A stretch of 64,000 nt of DNA, from positions 45,818,001 through 45,882,000 of the forward strand of contig NC_090347.1 of the NCBI RefSeq assembly GCF_035084215.1, given 5' to 3'. Positions 51,637 through 63,075 of this stretch are shown here, in pieces (positions within the stretch are counted from its first letter, which is position 1; every line of letters starts with the position of its first letter). Below the pieces are notes generated by a model. That model saw only the letters and a program-made list of their open reading frames with translations, was not told the origin of the DNA and did no database searches. Made by a program: the position numbers and the translations under genes. Source of the DNA: Heptranchias perlo. Taxonomy: Eukaryota.

Positions 51637-51915
51637 TGTAGGAGCTTTACTCTCTATCTAACCCGTGTTCCACCTGCCCTGGGAGTGTTTGATGGGACAC
51701 TGTAGAGGGAGCTTTACTCTCTATCTAACCCGTGCTGTACCTGCCCTGGGAGTGTTTGATGGGACACTGTAGAGGGAGCTTTACTCTGTATCTAACCCGT
51801 GCTGTACCTGCCCTGGGAGTGTTTGATGGGACAGTGTAGATGGAGATTTACCCTGCATCTAACCTGATCTGTTCCTGCCCTGGGAGTGTTTGAAGGACAT
51901 TATAGAAGAAGCTTT
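51637..51915. repeat. Second array of the same 67-bp unit, opposite orientation, about 4 units
   Basis: ggagctttactctgtatctaacccgtgctgtacctgccctgggagtgtttgatgggacagtgtagag repeated. Confidence 0.93.
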
Positions 51916-52164
51916 AGGCAGCGTAAGTCAGTAGGCTATTTGACTGGAGAGGGCATCATAGCCTAACCCTGTACTCGCCTACCATCCACCAATGTGGACT
52001 TTGCATTATTTTATCCTAGGAGGACGCGGGGGGTGGCTGTGTCCAATTGCAGCAAACTTGTGGCCAACCCAAGTGAGGTCAGCTAATCCATGCCGGGAAT
52101 CGATCCCAGGCCCTTCTGTTCTGGGCGAGTCATGAGATGGCCAGTATATTTACCCCCGTGGTAG

Positions 52165-52817
52165 TGCCGAAAACTTAAACTTAATATTACTTATTCTATA
52201 CAATGCATTAACACCCAAACACTTAATTCAGACAAGCGAGAATTTATTAAGAAACTTGTACAAGTGGAAGAGTGCCTCAAACAATGGTTGAGGCTACGTC
52301 TTCGCTGAGTTCAAGAAACAGCTCACGTTTATACAGTTCAGTAATGACGCCCACCTGTCATAGAATATGGGCGTACACGTACATTCTTTATTGGTTCAGG
52401 TAGTTGGTCAATCAAGTAGTGAGCCTTCCCCCCTCCGAATGTCCATAGCCCTTTTTTATCTTGGCACGTAGGCCTCGTAGGCCTGAGCATTCTCATCCTC
52501 CCCACATTTCTGTCCTGGTTATCAGTAGGGCTGAAGTCAGTCTTAAGGCCACATGGCCTTTCAAGAAACTGTATTCTCATTATATTTTTGTAGTCAGCAA
52601 TACCCTTATCTGCTAGGGGGGCCAGACGGTACTAAGCACCTGCTCAGCTAACTTAAATGTCAACATACCAAGGCTTAAATGTAATTACACAATTGTGCTT
52701 CTCTGTGTGTGCTGTAGCTACCCCATTATGTGAGCTAACAAAGAGTTAATATGGTCAGATATCCCTTCATGCATTGCTACATTAATATGGTCAAGTATCT
52801 CTTTATGCATTTCCACA
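52165..52817 (-). mobile_element. Solo LTR (653 bp; Gypsy- or ERV-type)
   Basis: TG...CA termini and 4-bp TSD GTAG (52161-52164, 52818-52821). On the minus strand, CCAAT (52394-52390), TATAAA (52333-52328) and AATAAA (52248-52243) occur in LTR order. Confidence 0.75.
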
Positions 52818-52999
52818 GTAGCTAGCTTTGGGGTTATACATGTGATGCTGTTGACTGTATGCTAGGAACAGTCATAGATCTTAATGACAATCCTTGTGTT
52901 AGACTTCATCAATCTTCAATCTGTCTGTGTGCTTTCCCGTGATATCTGTGTGGCTAAAAGTCATTCTAAATCGTGATGCACAAATCTTAACTGTGGTTC

Positions 53000-53548
53000 T
53001 GGATGGGCCTCAGCTGGAGTATTGTGTCCAATTCTGGGCACCATACTTTAGGAAGGATGTCAAGGAGATTTACGCGAATGGTACCAGGGATGAGGGACTT
53101 CAGTTATGTGGAGAGAGTAGACAAGCTGGGGTTGTTCTCCTTAGAGCAGAGAAGGTTAACGAGAGATTTAATAGAGGTTTCAAGATTATAAGGGGTTTTG
53201 ATAGAGTAAATAAGGAGATACTGTTTCCACTGACAGGAGGGTCGGTAACCAGAGGACACAGGTTTAATATAGTTGGCAAAAGAACCAGAGAGGAAATGAA
53301 GAGAATTTTTTTACACAGCGAGTTGTTATGATCTGGAATGCACTGCCTGAAAGGATTGTGGAAACTGATTCAATAGAAACTTTCAAAATATAATAACTTT
53401 CAAAAGGGAATTGGATAAATATTTAAAAAGGAAAGATTTGTGGGGTTATGGGGAAAGAGCATGGGGAGTGGGACTAATCTTTCAAAGAGCCAGCACAGGC
53501 CCGATGGGCCAAATGGCCTTCTGCACTTTACAATTTTATGATTCTATG
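53000..53548 (+). mobile_element. CR1 LINE 3' end
   Basis: PQLEYCVQFWAPYFRKDV; tail tatgattctatga. Further copies at 58141-58398 (+) and 63696-64000 (-). Confidence 0.85.
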
Positions 53549-54290
53549 AATAGCTAAAGAGCATCAAGTGACACCTTATCTGTTTTTGTGCCTGACTTCC
53601 TGTTGATTGTATTGCTTAGTTTCTATTTCCTGATCGTAAATGTTCAAAACCCAATGATGACAGAACTCGCAGTCTATTAGCAGATACAGCAACCCCCACC
53701 GCCGCCATGATTGCAGTTCCTGTTGTGCTCCTGCCTCCCCTCGCCCAAGGTAATCTCCCCAGTTGAAAGCTCAGTGTTGGCAAGGTCCAGCTCCTCTGTT
53801 CTGAGGGGCTTGTGCAGGAGGGTCTGTTTCACTTGGCTCTGTAACAAGGCCGTAACAGCAAAGCGTTAGGGACAGTTTTATAATGTGGATTCTCACTAAC
53901 CAGGAACTGAATTGAGACTGGCCAAATTACTTTCACCCAGGACCCTAACAGCCAGAAACTAGACGAGGCTTTCACATGAACAGTCTGGAGTTACATCCAT
54001 GTCCTGTAAGTGAAGGGACAAAATGGTAACTCACTGCACATCAAGTCCAGATACCTACTGATCATTCTTAATTGCTCTGAGCTACTTTTCTTTCTACGGT
54101 ATTTGTTCTTGAGATGTGGCGATTTGGTCATGTTTGTTGCCCAGAGAAGATGGTGGTGGACCTTCCTCTTGAACTGCTGGAGTCCAGGAGGTGATGGTGT
54201 TAGTTAGGGAATTCCAGGATATTGACGATGAAGGAACGGCGATATATGTCCAAGTGTTGCCAGAACCTTGTTGCTGTTGTTCTTCTTGGT

Positions 54291-54496
54291 GTGGAGATGC
54301 CGGTGATGGACTGGGGTGTACAGATGTAAGGAATCTTACAACACCAGGTTATAGTCCAACAGTTTTATTTGAAAATCACAAGCTTTCGGAGGCTTTCTCC
54401 TTCGTCAGGTGAGTGACGAAAGAGAAAGCCTCCAAAAGCTTGTGATTTTCAAATAAAACTGTTGGACTATAACCTGGTGTTGTAAGATTCCTTACA
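54291..54496 (-). mobile_element. Miniature fold-back PLE insertion (3' end only)
   Basis: PLE 3' tail (54291-54324) plus 83-bp inverted arms 54325-54407 and 54414-54496 with a 6-nt spacer. TSD GTTCTTCTTGGT at 54279-54290 and 54497-54508. Confidence 0.92.
54376..54412 (-). ncRNA. Minimal hammerhead ribozyme motif in the mini-PLE
   Basis: TCAC-CTGACGA-A-GGAGAAAGCCTCC-GAAA-GCTT-GTGA. The plus-strand mirror copy has lost core bases (gTGACGA, AAAA). Confidence 0.82.
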
Positions 54497-55699
54497 GTTC
54501 TTCTTGGTGGTAGAGGTCACAGGGGAGAGAGGTGTTATTGAAGTAACCTTGGTGAGTTGCTGAAGTGCATCCTGTAGATCGTACTTACTGCAGCCAAAGT
54601 GTGCCGTTGGTGGGGGAGGTGCATAGTGAGTTCAGTGAACTGAACAAGTGAAATGCTTTGTCCTGGATGATGTTGAGCTTCTTGAGTGTTGTTGCAGCTG
54701 CACTCATCCAGGTGAGTGGAGAGTATTCTATCACACTCCTAACTTGAGCCATGTAGGTGGCTTTGAGGGGTCAGGAGATGAGCCACTCATCACAGAGAAC
54801 CCAGATTCTGCCCTGCTCTTGCAGTCACGATGTAGTTATGGATGGTTCAGTTCAGTTTCTGGCCAATAGTGACCCACCAGGCTGGCATTATCAGTGGAGT
54901 TGTGAATGGAACTGAGCACTGGAATTGTCAGCGAACAGACCCACTTCTGACTTTATGACGGAGAAAAGATCATTAATGAACCAACTGAAGATGGTTGGGC
55001 CTAGGACGCTGCCCTGAGGAACCCGTGCAGTGATGTCCTGGGGCTGAAGTGAGTAGCCTTTGATAACCACAACCATCTTCCATTGCGTCAGGTGTAACTC
55101 CAATCACTGGAGGGTTTTCACCTTTGACACCTATTGACCTCAGTTTTGCTAGGGCTCCTTGGCCTGATACTCGGTCGAATGCTGCCTTGATGCCAATGGC
55201 AGCTACTTGAGGATTTGGAATTCAAATGCTATCAGGAGCCTGAACTCCAAACCTCTCTCAGTAATGTTTAAGAATGAGTAATAGTTCCATCAGTTTGCAA
55301 TGCAGATCAAGATCTAATTTTTGGCAATAAATCCTTACTTCTGCGGGCATTGTTGCTGAGTTCTCGGCCCCTTGTCAACCAACCCACCCAAAGTCTGATC
55401 ATCCAAGTCATTTAGCCAGACTGCTAGACCTAGTCCTCACCTTAAATCCTAACTCTTAAACTTCTCATCACTAGGCTCTCACTGCCACTATCTTCATATC
55501 TACCTCTTGCAGAATATCTTGCAACAAATTGTACTCTGATGCTAGTGCCAAGCAAAAAGCGACTCGTTTACAATCGTAGGGAAGGTCTTTAAGAATTCTT
55601 TGCAACTTTTCCCTTGTCCAGCTGCTTTTTTCAATCTGCAGACTCTTCCAGGGACGTGACTGATGTGACTCTGGCTTCATGTTTCAATCTCACTCTTCC

Positions 55700-57800
55700 C
55701 CTTCTGCCAGATCTATCAGTTTAGTTTACTTCAGTCATTCCTGCTGTCTGCTAACTCCTAGAACATTCTGGAGATCACATCTGGTATGTGGATCAGCCTG
55801 AAGTATCTGGAGCCAACTTGATCTCTGCTCAGAACTTCTGTAAATCTATTATTACAGCTGCCAAATCCAACTTTATTGAAAAAAAAGAAAGACTTGCATT
55901 TCTATCGCTCCTTTCATGACCTCAGGGCATCCTAAAGCGTTTTACAGCCAATGAAGTACTTTTGAAGTGTAGTCACTGCCGTAATGTAGGAAACGTGGCA
56001 GCCAATTTGAGCACAGCAAGGTCCCACAAACAGCAATGTGATACTGAGCAGATAGTCTGTTTTTAGGTGTTAGTTGAGAGATAAATATTGGCCAGGATAC
56101 CGGGGAGAGCTCCCCTGCTCTTCTTCAAAATAATGATCTTTTATGTCCACCTGAGAGAGCAGACGGAGCCTCAGTTTAATGTCTCATCCGAAAGTCGGCA
56201 CCTCTGACAGTGCAGCACTCCCTCAGTACTGCTCTGGAGTGTCAACCTAGATTTTATGCTCAAGTCCCTGGAGTGGGACTTGAATCCGCGACCTTCTGAC
56301 TCAGAGGCGAGAGTGATATCACTGAGTCAAGGCTGACAAAAAGGGCCGTCTACTTTCTTCCTGACTCTAATAGCTGCTCCTTTTCTTGCTGTCCAAAAGT
56401 GTCTCTCATAACTTCTTCTTGATGATACAGTTGCTGGCTCTTCTACAATGAAAACTGAGCCTTTACACTCATTATTTCTCTTCTAACTCTAAACTCAATG
56501 ATCTTGGTAAGGACCCTCCCTCCATTCTGTTCAACCATTCTGACCAACGTCAGGTTTTGTCCTCAGCTGTTGGATTCTTCTCACTCTTGGCCTCCAATGT
56601 GGCCTGTAGTTCTGAGGGTATCCTTCTCATTGTCCTCAACATGTGTACCTCCAAACTTACCCCGTCCTCTGCAGTGTCTTTAATCTCTGTTGCTCCAAGT
56701 CTTTCTTGGAAATGTGCTTGTGTTCAGCCCAATCCTAAGAAAGGTGCTTCCTCTCACCTTTCAAACTCCTGCCCGGTTGCCCTTACACTGGTGCTCTCTA
56801 AAGTTATAGAAGCTGTTGTTGACATTATCTCAATTCCAGCTTAATGATCAGGAAGATGGTTTTCAGAATGGCTGTTCCACTGGTGATGTTGTTGCCTGTG
56901 TTACACACTTCTGAAACTCTGCTCTTGAACACTTTAGTGAATCATCTGTTATTGCCTTGGACATCTTCAAACGCTTCGATGGGATGTGGCACAGTAATCA
57001 TTTAGCCTCCCACCAAGGCTTGGTTTCGGGCTAATTTCTTCTCAAGTTGCTCTACCGTTGCTGTGGCTGATGGGCCATGCTCTGACTCTTTTTCCACTAA
57101 CTCACGGTTCCCCAGGACTCTGTCAACTCTCCCACTCTGTTTTCATAACACTGACCTCCCCCATTCACCATCCCACCTGATCCATTCAATAATCGCCAGT
57201 TTATAATCCCTCAGTGCTCCTAACCTTACTTCATCTCTCAGTGCAAAGGCAGAATCCCTACATCGTGTTCCTGTCCACACCCTTCAATGGAGTAACAAAA
57301 ATCTGTTTTCTTCCAATTCTTCAAGGACGGTTTTAACAACAACGTGCTTTAATATAGGGAAACCCCCCAAGGGGCTTCGAAGAGGCATAATCAAAAACCA
57401 TGGCAAAAAAGGAGATATTAGAAGGGATGACCAAAACCTTGGTCAAAGAGATGGGTTTTAAGGAAAGTTTTAAAGGAGGAGAGGGAGCTGGAGAGCATAA
57501 GGCCTAGGCAGCTGAAGGCACGGCCACCCATGGTGGGATAGAGGGAGGGTGGTGCATGGGCAAGAGGTCATGTCATCATGTCTCCTGCAAGTTTAACCAG
57601 CAGAAACCACCTCTTTGGTATCTTTACACTTATCCTTTATCCTTTCACATTCTTCTTTGATTTCAAACAGAACTCCTACATCTCCTCCATTACGAAAGCT
57701 GTGTCCAAGAAGCTCTGTTTACTCTCTTGTGCTAAACACCTCTTTTCCCCTCAACAAATGTTGACTATCCAGGAGCTGAGGTATGCTGCCATATTCAAGG
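55700..57800 (+). mobile_element. Very old CR1-group (Zenon-like) LINE remnant
   Basis: WKCACVQPNPKKGASSHLSNSCPVALTLVLSKVIEAV, ALDIFKRFDGMWH-like segment, SITKAVSKKLCLL; interrupted by a DeuSINE and an L2 tail. Confidence 0.65.
55890..56338 (-). mobile_element. DeuSINE copy inserted in an old LINE
   Basis: Reverse complement of the 10921/17133 family. Confidence 0.85.
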
Positions 57801-59799
57801 AGTCTTTTCTAGTACCTCTCCAAAGAAAAAGCTTGTGTAGCATGCTTGGGAGGAACAGGTGACTTTGGACCTACGGTTCCCAAAGCTCTCCACCACTGGG
57901 GGTTTTCCTCACCTCCTGTCTGGGTCTGTTGTAGACTCACTGATAGAGATTAATTGCTATGATTAGTCAACAACTCCATTATCGTTGTATCATGTGATCA
58001 CCAGGGTGGGAGAAGGTGAAGTAGATGGACCTTGGTCTTTTGTCATCTAGCAGTTCCTATGTTCCTATCTAATAGGTGATCTCTCTCCAATCTCTAGCCT
58101 CCAACTTCACTTAGTTGCAACTTTTCCTGTGTCTCTTATTTTGGCAAAGGAATCAGAGGGGAGATGAGGAGAATTTTTTTTCCACAGTGAGTTGTTATGA
58201 TCTGGAATGCACTGCCTGAAAGGGTGGTGGAAGCAGATTCAATAATAACTTTCAAAAGGGAATTGGATAAATACTTGAAAAGGAAAAAATTGCAGGGCTG
58301 TGGGGAAAGAACAGGGGAGTTGGACTAATTGGATAGCTCTTTCAAAGAGCTGGCACATGGGCTGAATGGCCTCCTTAGGTGCTATATGATTCTATGATTC
58401 TTTGCTGCTGTGAGCTCTCCACTCTTGTGCCTTCTAAGATCCAAAAATGTAATTCTCAGCACTCTTCCTCCTCGCTACATACTATATTAAAAGCAAGACT
58501 CATTGCAGAGTCCACATGCAGGAAACCAGCAAGGTTGAAAAGGATAGAGAAAGGCCTCTTTGAGATGCAAAAGTCAAGCTCCGATGATGTCATTCAGACC
58601 CCAACATTATTTTAACCCTGGACCATGCGCACAGTGTCGATTTTGCCCGAGGAAGTAGGCGTGAGGAGGCTCGAGGGCCACAAGAGGTCCAGGTAAGTAA
58701 AAATTAAAACATTTTGGAAAGGTTTCCGTGTGGGTCAGGAAGGGCAGGAGTGCTCTTCTGAGCCCTGCGTGTAATTCTTGGGCATTCCCTGCCCCGGGCT
58801 CCCATTCCCCTTCCCATGATCATGATAGGCTTAGACCTCTCTCCCTGCCACCGCCCCCCCCCATTGCTAACCTTCTGCCGGGGACCATTCCTTTGGGTCT
58901 CCAGCAGAGGCCCACTGCCGCCCGATCTCCCGCTCCCACCACGTTCTGGCGGGATTCGGGTCTAGACGATGGTTAATGAAGCCCAAGAGTTACAATGGCC
59001 TGGTCTCACGTCAACAGGTCGCAGCAAGCATGCCGCTCACCTTTAGCGCTGAACTCCTGCCTGGGTTAAAATCGGGGCTTGAAAGCCTGAAGTTTGGAGA
59101 AGCCAGGGAAGTGAGGTTGGAGGTCCTGGGAAAGAACGAGATGGAGTAGGAGACAGAGTGATGAGTCTTTCATTCAACACAGCGAGGATACAGAAGGAAG
59201 AGTCTGTGAGATGGAAACTTACTTTCCAACTCCATGGATACATCTGTGTCTTGTTAATGCTCGCCAATTTCACAGTTTATCCTGGGACGCTGTATCTGGG
59301 TCAGATTTAGAATAGAAGCAGAGAGGGATCGAGAAAGAATATCAGATATAGCTGATTAGAATAGCTAGTATCAGAATGACCATATGTTGGCCAATCAGTT
59401 GGATTGGGGCCAGGATCTCGGTATAATGGGAATGTAGGGAGTTGGTTTATTAGAACGTTGGGCTTTGATCCGTATTTCTCTGCAATGTGAGTGAGCAGGA
59501 ATGGTTCATTGGAATGTTATCTTTGGAAGGGATTTCTACACAATCCAAGTGAATGGGAGTGATTTATTGGAATGTTTTGCTTGGATCCGACCAGGATTTC
59601 TGCAGACTCCAGCCCGGCAGTGTGGTGTTGAGTGTCAGCAGTCGGATCAGACTGCAGCTGCCGTTTTCTTAAATTTACTTTATACATCCCATCATATGGC
59701 AGAGATCACGGAGAGGGGGACTCGTGGCTGCTGCCCGTGTGGCCAGTGCCACAGGTGGTTATTGCGTGATGCCTGGCACAGATTTGCACAAGAGTCATC

Positions 59800-60200
59800 C
59801 AAAACTCTGCAACCTGTATCCTAACTTGCACCAAGTCCCATTCACCCAATTCAAATCCCTCCATGGCCTCGCCCCTCCCTATCCTCCTCCAGCCGTACAA
59901 CCCTCCGAGATCTCTGCATTCATCCAATTCTGGCCTCTTGTCCATCCCCGATTTCCATCGCCCCACAAGTGACGGCCTTGCTTTCAGCTGCCAAGGCCCC
60001 AAGCTCTGGAATTCCCTCCCTAAACCTCTCCTCCCCTCTACCTTGCTCTCCTTTAAGATGCTTCTTGAAACCTACCTCTGTGACCAATGGTCACCTGTCC
60101 TAATATCTATTTATGTGGCTCGGTGTCAAATTTTGTTTGATAATCGCTCCTGTGAAGCACCTTGGGACGTTTTACTACATTAAAGGCAATTTTTGTTGTT
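59800..60200 (+). mobile_element. L2 LINE 3' end
   Basis: LQPYNPPRSLHSSNSGLL..GPKLWNSLP and the L2 3' UTR. Confidence 0.82.
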
Positions 60201-61633
60201 GAGACTGGCTCACATTTATACTGCCCCATGGAGTGAAGGATGTGTTCCAGACTGCAGCAAGTGCTAACTATAGCGGCACAAAGCAAGACCAGGGCTTTCT
60301 ATTTATTTGCTCCCTCCCGACCACCCAAAAAATGAATTATCTGAGAACAGACTGAGGGAAAATGTAGTGGGTAAACAAAGGCAATTTACCTCAGGGACCT
60401 GGCTTCAAGTCAAGCCCACAGTGGCTTTCTTCTCATGTGCATTGCTTAACAATGGCTGTTGATAGGCAATTCGACCATGGTGGGAATCACAGCCGAGCTC
60501 GATCCTCTCCACACCTCCATATTTTCAAGCAGGGCTCGGTAGATGGTGATAAGGAGCAGGGACCCTGGCTGATTTTCTTGCTCCCTAAACCCAAGAGTAA
60601 TGAGACCAGTTGTAGTGCCCTGACTGCTGCTTGGGCTGAAATCAGCTAACTCAACACAGGCCAGAGATTGAGCTCGGCATCTTCTGGTCTGCATGTTTTG
60701 GCTACTCAAGGGTTAGCTGTGGCTTAGTGGTCCCTCTCTCCCCACTGAGTCAGGAATCATGGGTTCAAGCCCCACTCCAGAGACTTGAGCACATAACCTA
60801 GGCTGACACCCCAATGCAATACTGAGCGGGTGCTGAATTTATCGAGGGGTAACTGTGAATCAGATTGACTGACCCGAACTTTAGTAGTGCATCATCAACT
60901 GCTACACTCAAGGCAGCACCCGATACTCAAACCAGTTTGGCCATCAGAGGGATTAGAGGAGATCTGATTGGTGAGATCCCTGAGCTGCATGGAGGCAGAT
61001 GTGTGGTTGGGTAGAATCTTGTCGCGAGCACCTTGGAGTGAATGGAGTGAATCATTACATATTCTCATTTGTAATTGCTCCAAGCTGCTAATTTAATAAC
61101 TTGGTTACCAGGTTTGGGTAAAATTCTTCTTTTGGCTACTTTAACAGTGCTGGTAACCCACTGATTTTAAATGCCAGTGTCCCTCTATCTCTCTTCTGTT
61201 GTACCTGGCGTTTGATTTAAAGCTGTTTTTGAAGTAGTTCCAGCTGCCAGTGTTGTTCAGACGGTTCAAACCTTTTTTCCTTGCATGAGTTGGTTATGCA
61301 GAATGAGACTGAACAGTGAGATGGACGGCTTTTCACAAACTTGCTGTCACAAAGGATACAGCAGTTAACAGTGACTGAAAAGGCCCCACAAATAGTTAAC
61401 TTGAGAGTGAGGTGAATGGTCTCCGATTCCGACAAAAGATTTTATAATTGTCTGCTTGCTGTTCCTTTTCTTTGGTGTTTCCTTTTTTTTATCCTGTTTT
61501 TGCAAAGAAAGTCAAATTTTTTAATGTGTCATTTACTCAACGCTCTGGATTGTTCAGTTTTCTGTTCTCACCTCAGACCTGGACTCACTTCATGAAGTAA
61601 GGTCTTGGTATCCATTCTCCTTCACTGTTTTAG

Positions 61634-62036
61634 GCCTGACTGTCACCCACGGCCTGGCTCCCTGCGGTCCTGGTTACTATGGTGACTGGCGTACTCATCA
61701 GTGGAACGTCACCTGATATCTTCTGTTCTGAGCTCTGTTCGTGCAATGCCAAATACAGACACGTGGACTGCAACAACGGGACAATCGACGGATGTCCAAG
61801 AGACTTGTCTTCCAACACAAACAAACTGGAAGCGAAGATGGGAAATATCTCCAAGCTCGCTCGGCAACATGATGTACCTCGTTTCCCTTCGCGTAGATAG
61901 CCGCAGAGTGACCGACCTTGTGAGCATCAAGTATCTCGATCTGAAAAGTAATCAGCTGGAGACAGAATGTTTCAGAGGTTAGCAGCTCACACTTCTCTAT
62001 ATCTGGATGGAAACAAGATGGCGGAGATCCCAGAAG
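61634..62036 (+). pseudogene. Decayed exon of a secreted or cell-surface LRR protein gene
   Basis: Acceptor ttcactgttttag| and donor GAAG|gtaagc. Encodes the hydrophobic leader AWLPAVLVTMVTGVLISG and LRRNT CSELCSCNAKYRHVDC..CPRDLSSNTNKL. After frameshifts near 61860 and 61980 it continues IKYLDLKSNQLET and TSLYLDGNKMAEIPE. Confidence 0.75.
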
Positions 62037-62078
62037 GTAAGCCGGCTGAAAATAAAGGCAAGGGTCGAAATTAGAAGT

Positions 62079-62575
62079 TTTTTTTATTATTTATTCTCAG
62101 GATGTGGGCGTCGCTGGCAAGGCCAGCATTTATTGCCCATCCCTAATTGCCCTCGAGAAGGTGGTGGTGAGCCGCCGCCTTGAACCGCTGCAGTCCGTGT
62201 GGTGAAGGTTCTCCCACAGTGCTGTTAGGAAGGGAGTTCCAGGATTTTGACCCAGCGACAATGAAGGAACGGCGATATATTTCCAAGTCGGGATGGTGTG
62301 TGACTTGGAGGGGAACGTGCAGGTGGTGTTGTTCCCATGTGCCTGCTGTTCTTGTCCTTCTAGGTGGTAGAGGTCGCGGGTTTGGGAGGTGCTGTCGAAG
62401 AAGCCTTGGCGAGTTGCTGCAGTGCATCCTGTGGATGGTACACACTGCAGCCACTGTGCCCCGGTGGTGAAGGGAGTGAATGTTTAGGGTGGTGGATGAG
62501 GTGCCGATCAAGTGGGCTGCTTTGTCCTGGATGGTGTTGAGCTTCTTGAGTGTTGTTGGAGCTGCACTCACCCAC
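62079..62575 (-). mobile_element. 3'-end fragment of the same LINE family
   Basis: ORF MSAAPTTLKKLNTIQDKAAHLIG...HHHLLEGN and matching 3' UTR. Confidence 0.9.
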
Positions 62576-62739
62576 TCATCCAGGGGAGGAGCATGGAGGA
62601 AGGTCAGGAGAAACGTTGTAGTGTAGGCACATACACCATTGACATTGAGGGAAATCTTGAGGCTAATTGTCTCACCCCATTGCTGCCCGAACTGAGACCA
62701 GCGACCAAACGCAACCTCAGGTAGGGTAGCATTAAAAGG

Positions 62740-63075
62740 TGCTATAATCTGCCTGAATGCCCCTGGGCTAGAAGGGGGATTGGGGGATGGGTGGAGAATC
62801 AGTCAGGGTCCCTGCTCCTGATCACTGTTCAGTGACTCTTCCTGAAAGTGTACATGTGTGGACATCTGATGAGGATAGGATTAGGTCAGGTGTGATGTCC
62901 GTCAGTGTGGGATAGCCTGTTGACACTCATTGACTAGGCCCACAAATGAAAGACTGGCCAGATCTGGCATAAGAGGGTGACTGACACCTTATGGCACCAT
63001 ATCCCAGCACCTACAAGAGGGTGACTGACACCTTATAGGACCATATCCCAGCACCTACAAGAGGGGAGAGGATAC
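62740..63075 (+). repeat. Old interspersed SINE-like family copy with an internal 44-bp tandem duplication (62971-63058)
   Basis: Shares motifs (attggcctcagtgcccctggg, cctgctcctgatca, gaagaatggccact) with copies near 1575-1945, 15855-16210, 19195-19600, 46140-46440, 51920-52150 and 60430-60710. Confidence 0.65.

Larger units (their letters stand above)
54095..55220 (-). mobile_element. Older, diverged copy of the same LINE family; host of the mini-PLE
   Basis: VPQGSVLGPTIFSWFINDL..GLFAD remnants; colinear with 34370-35545. Confidence 0.8.
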
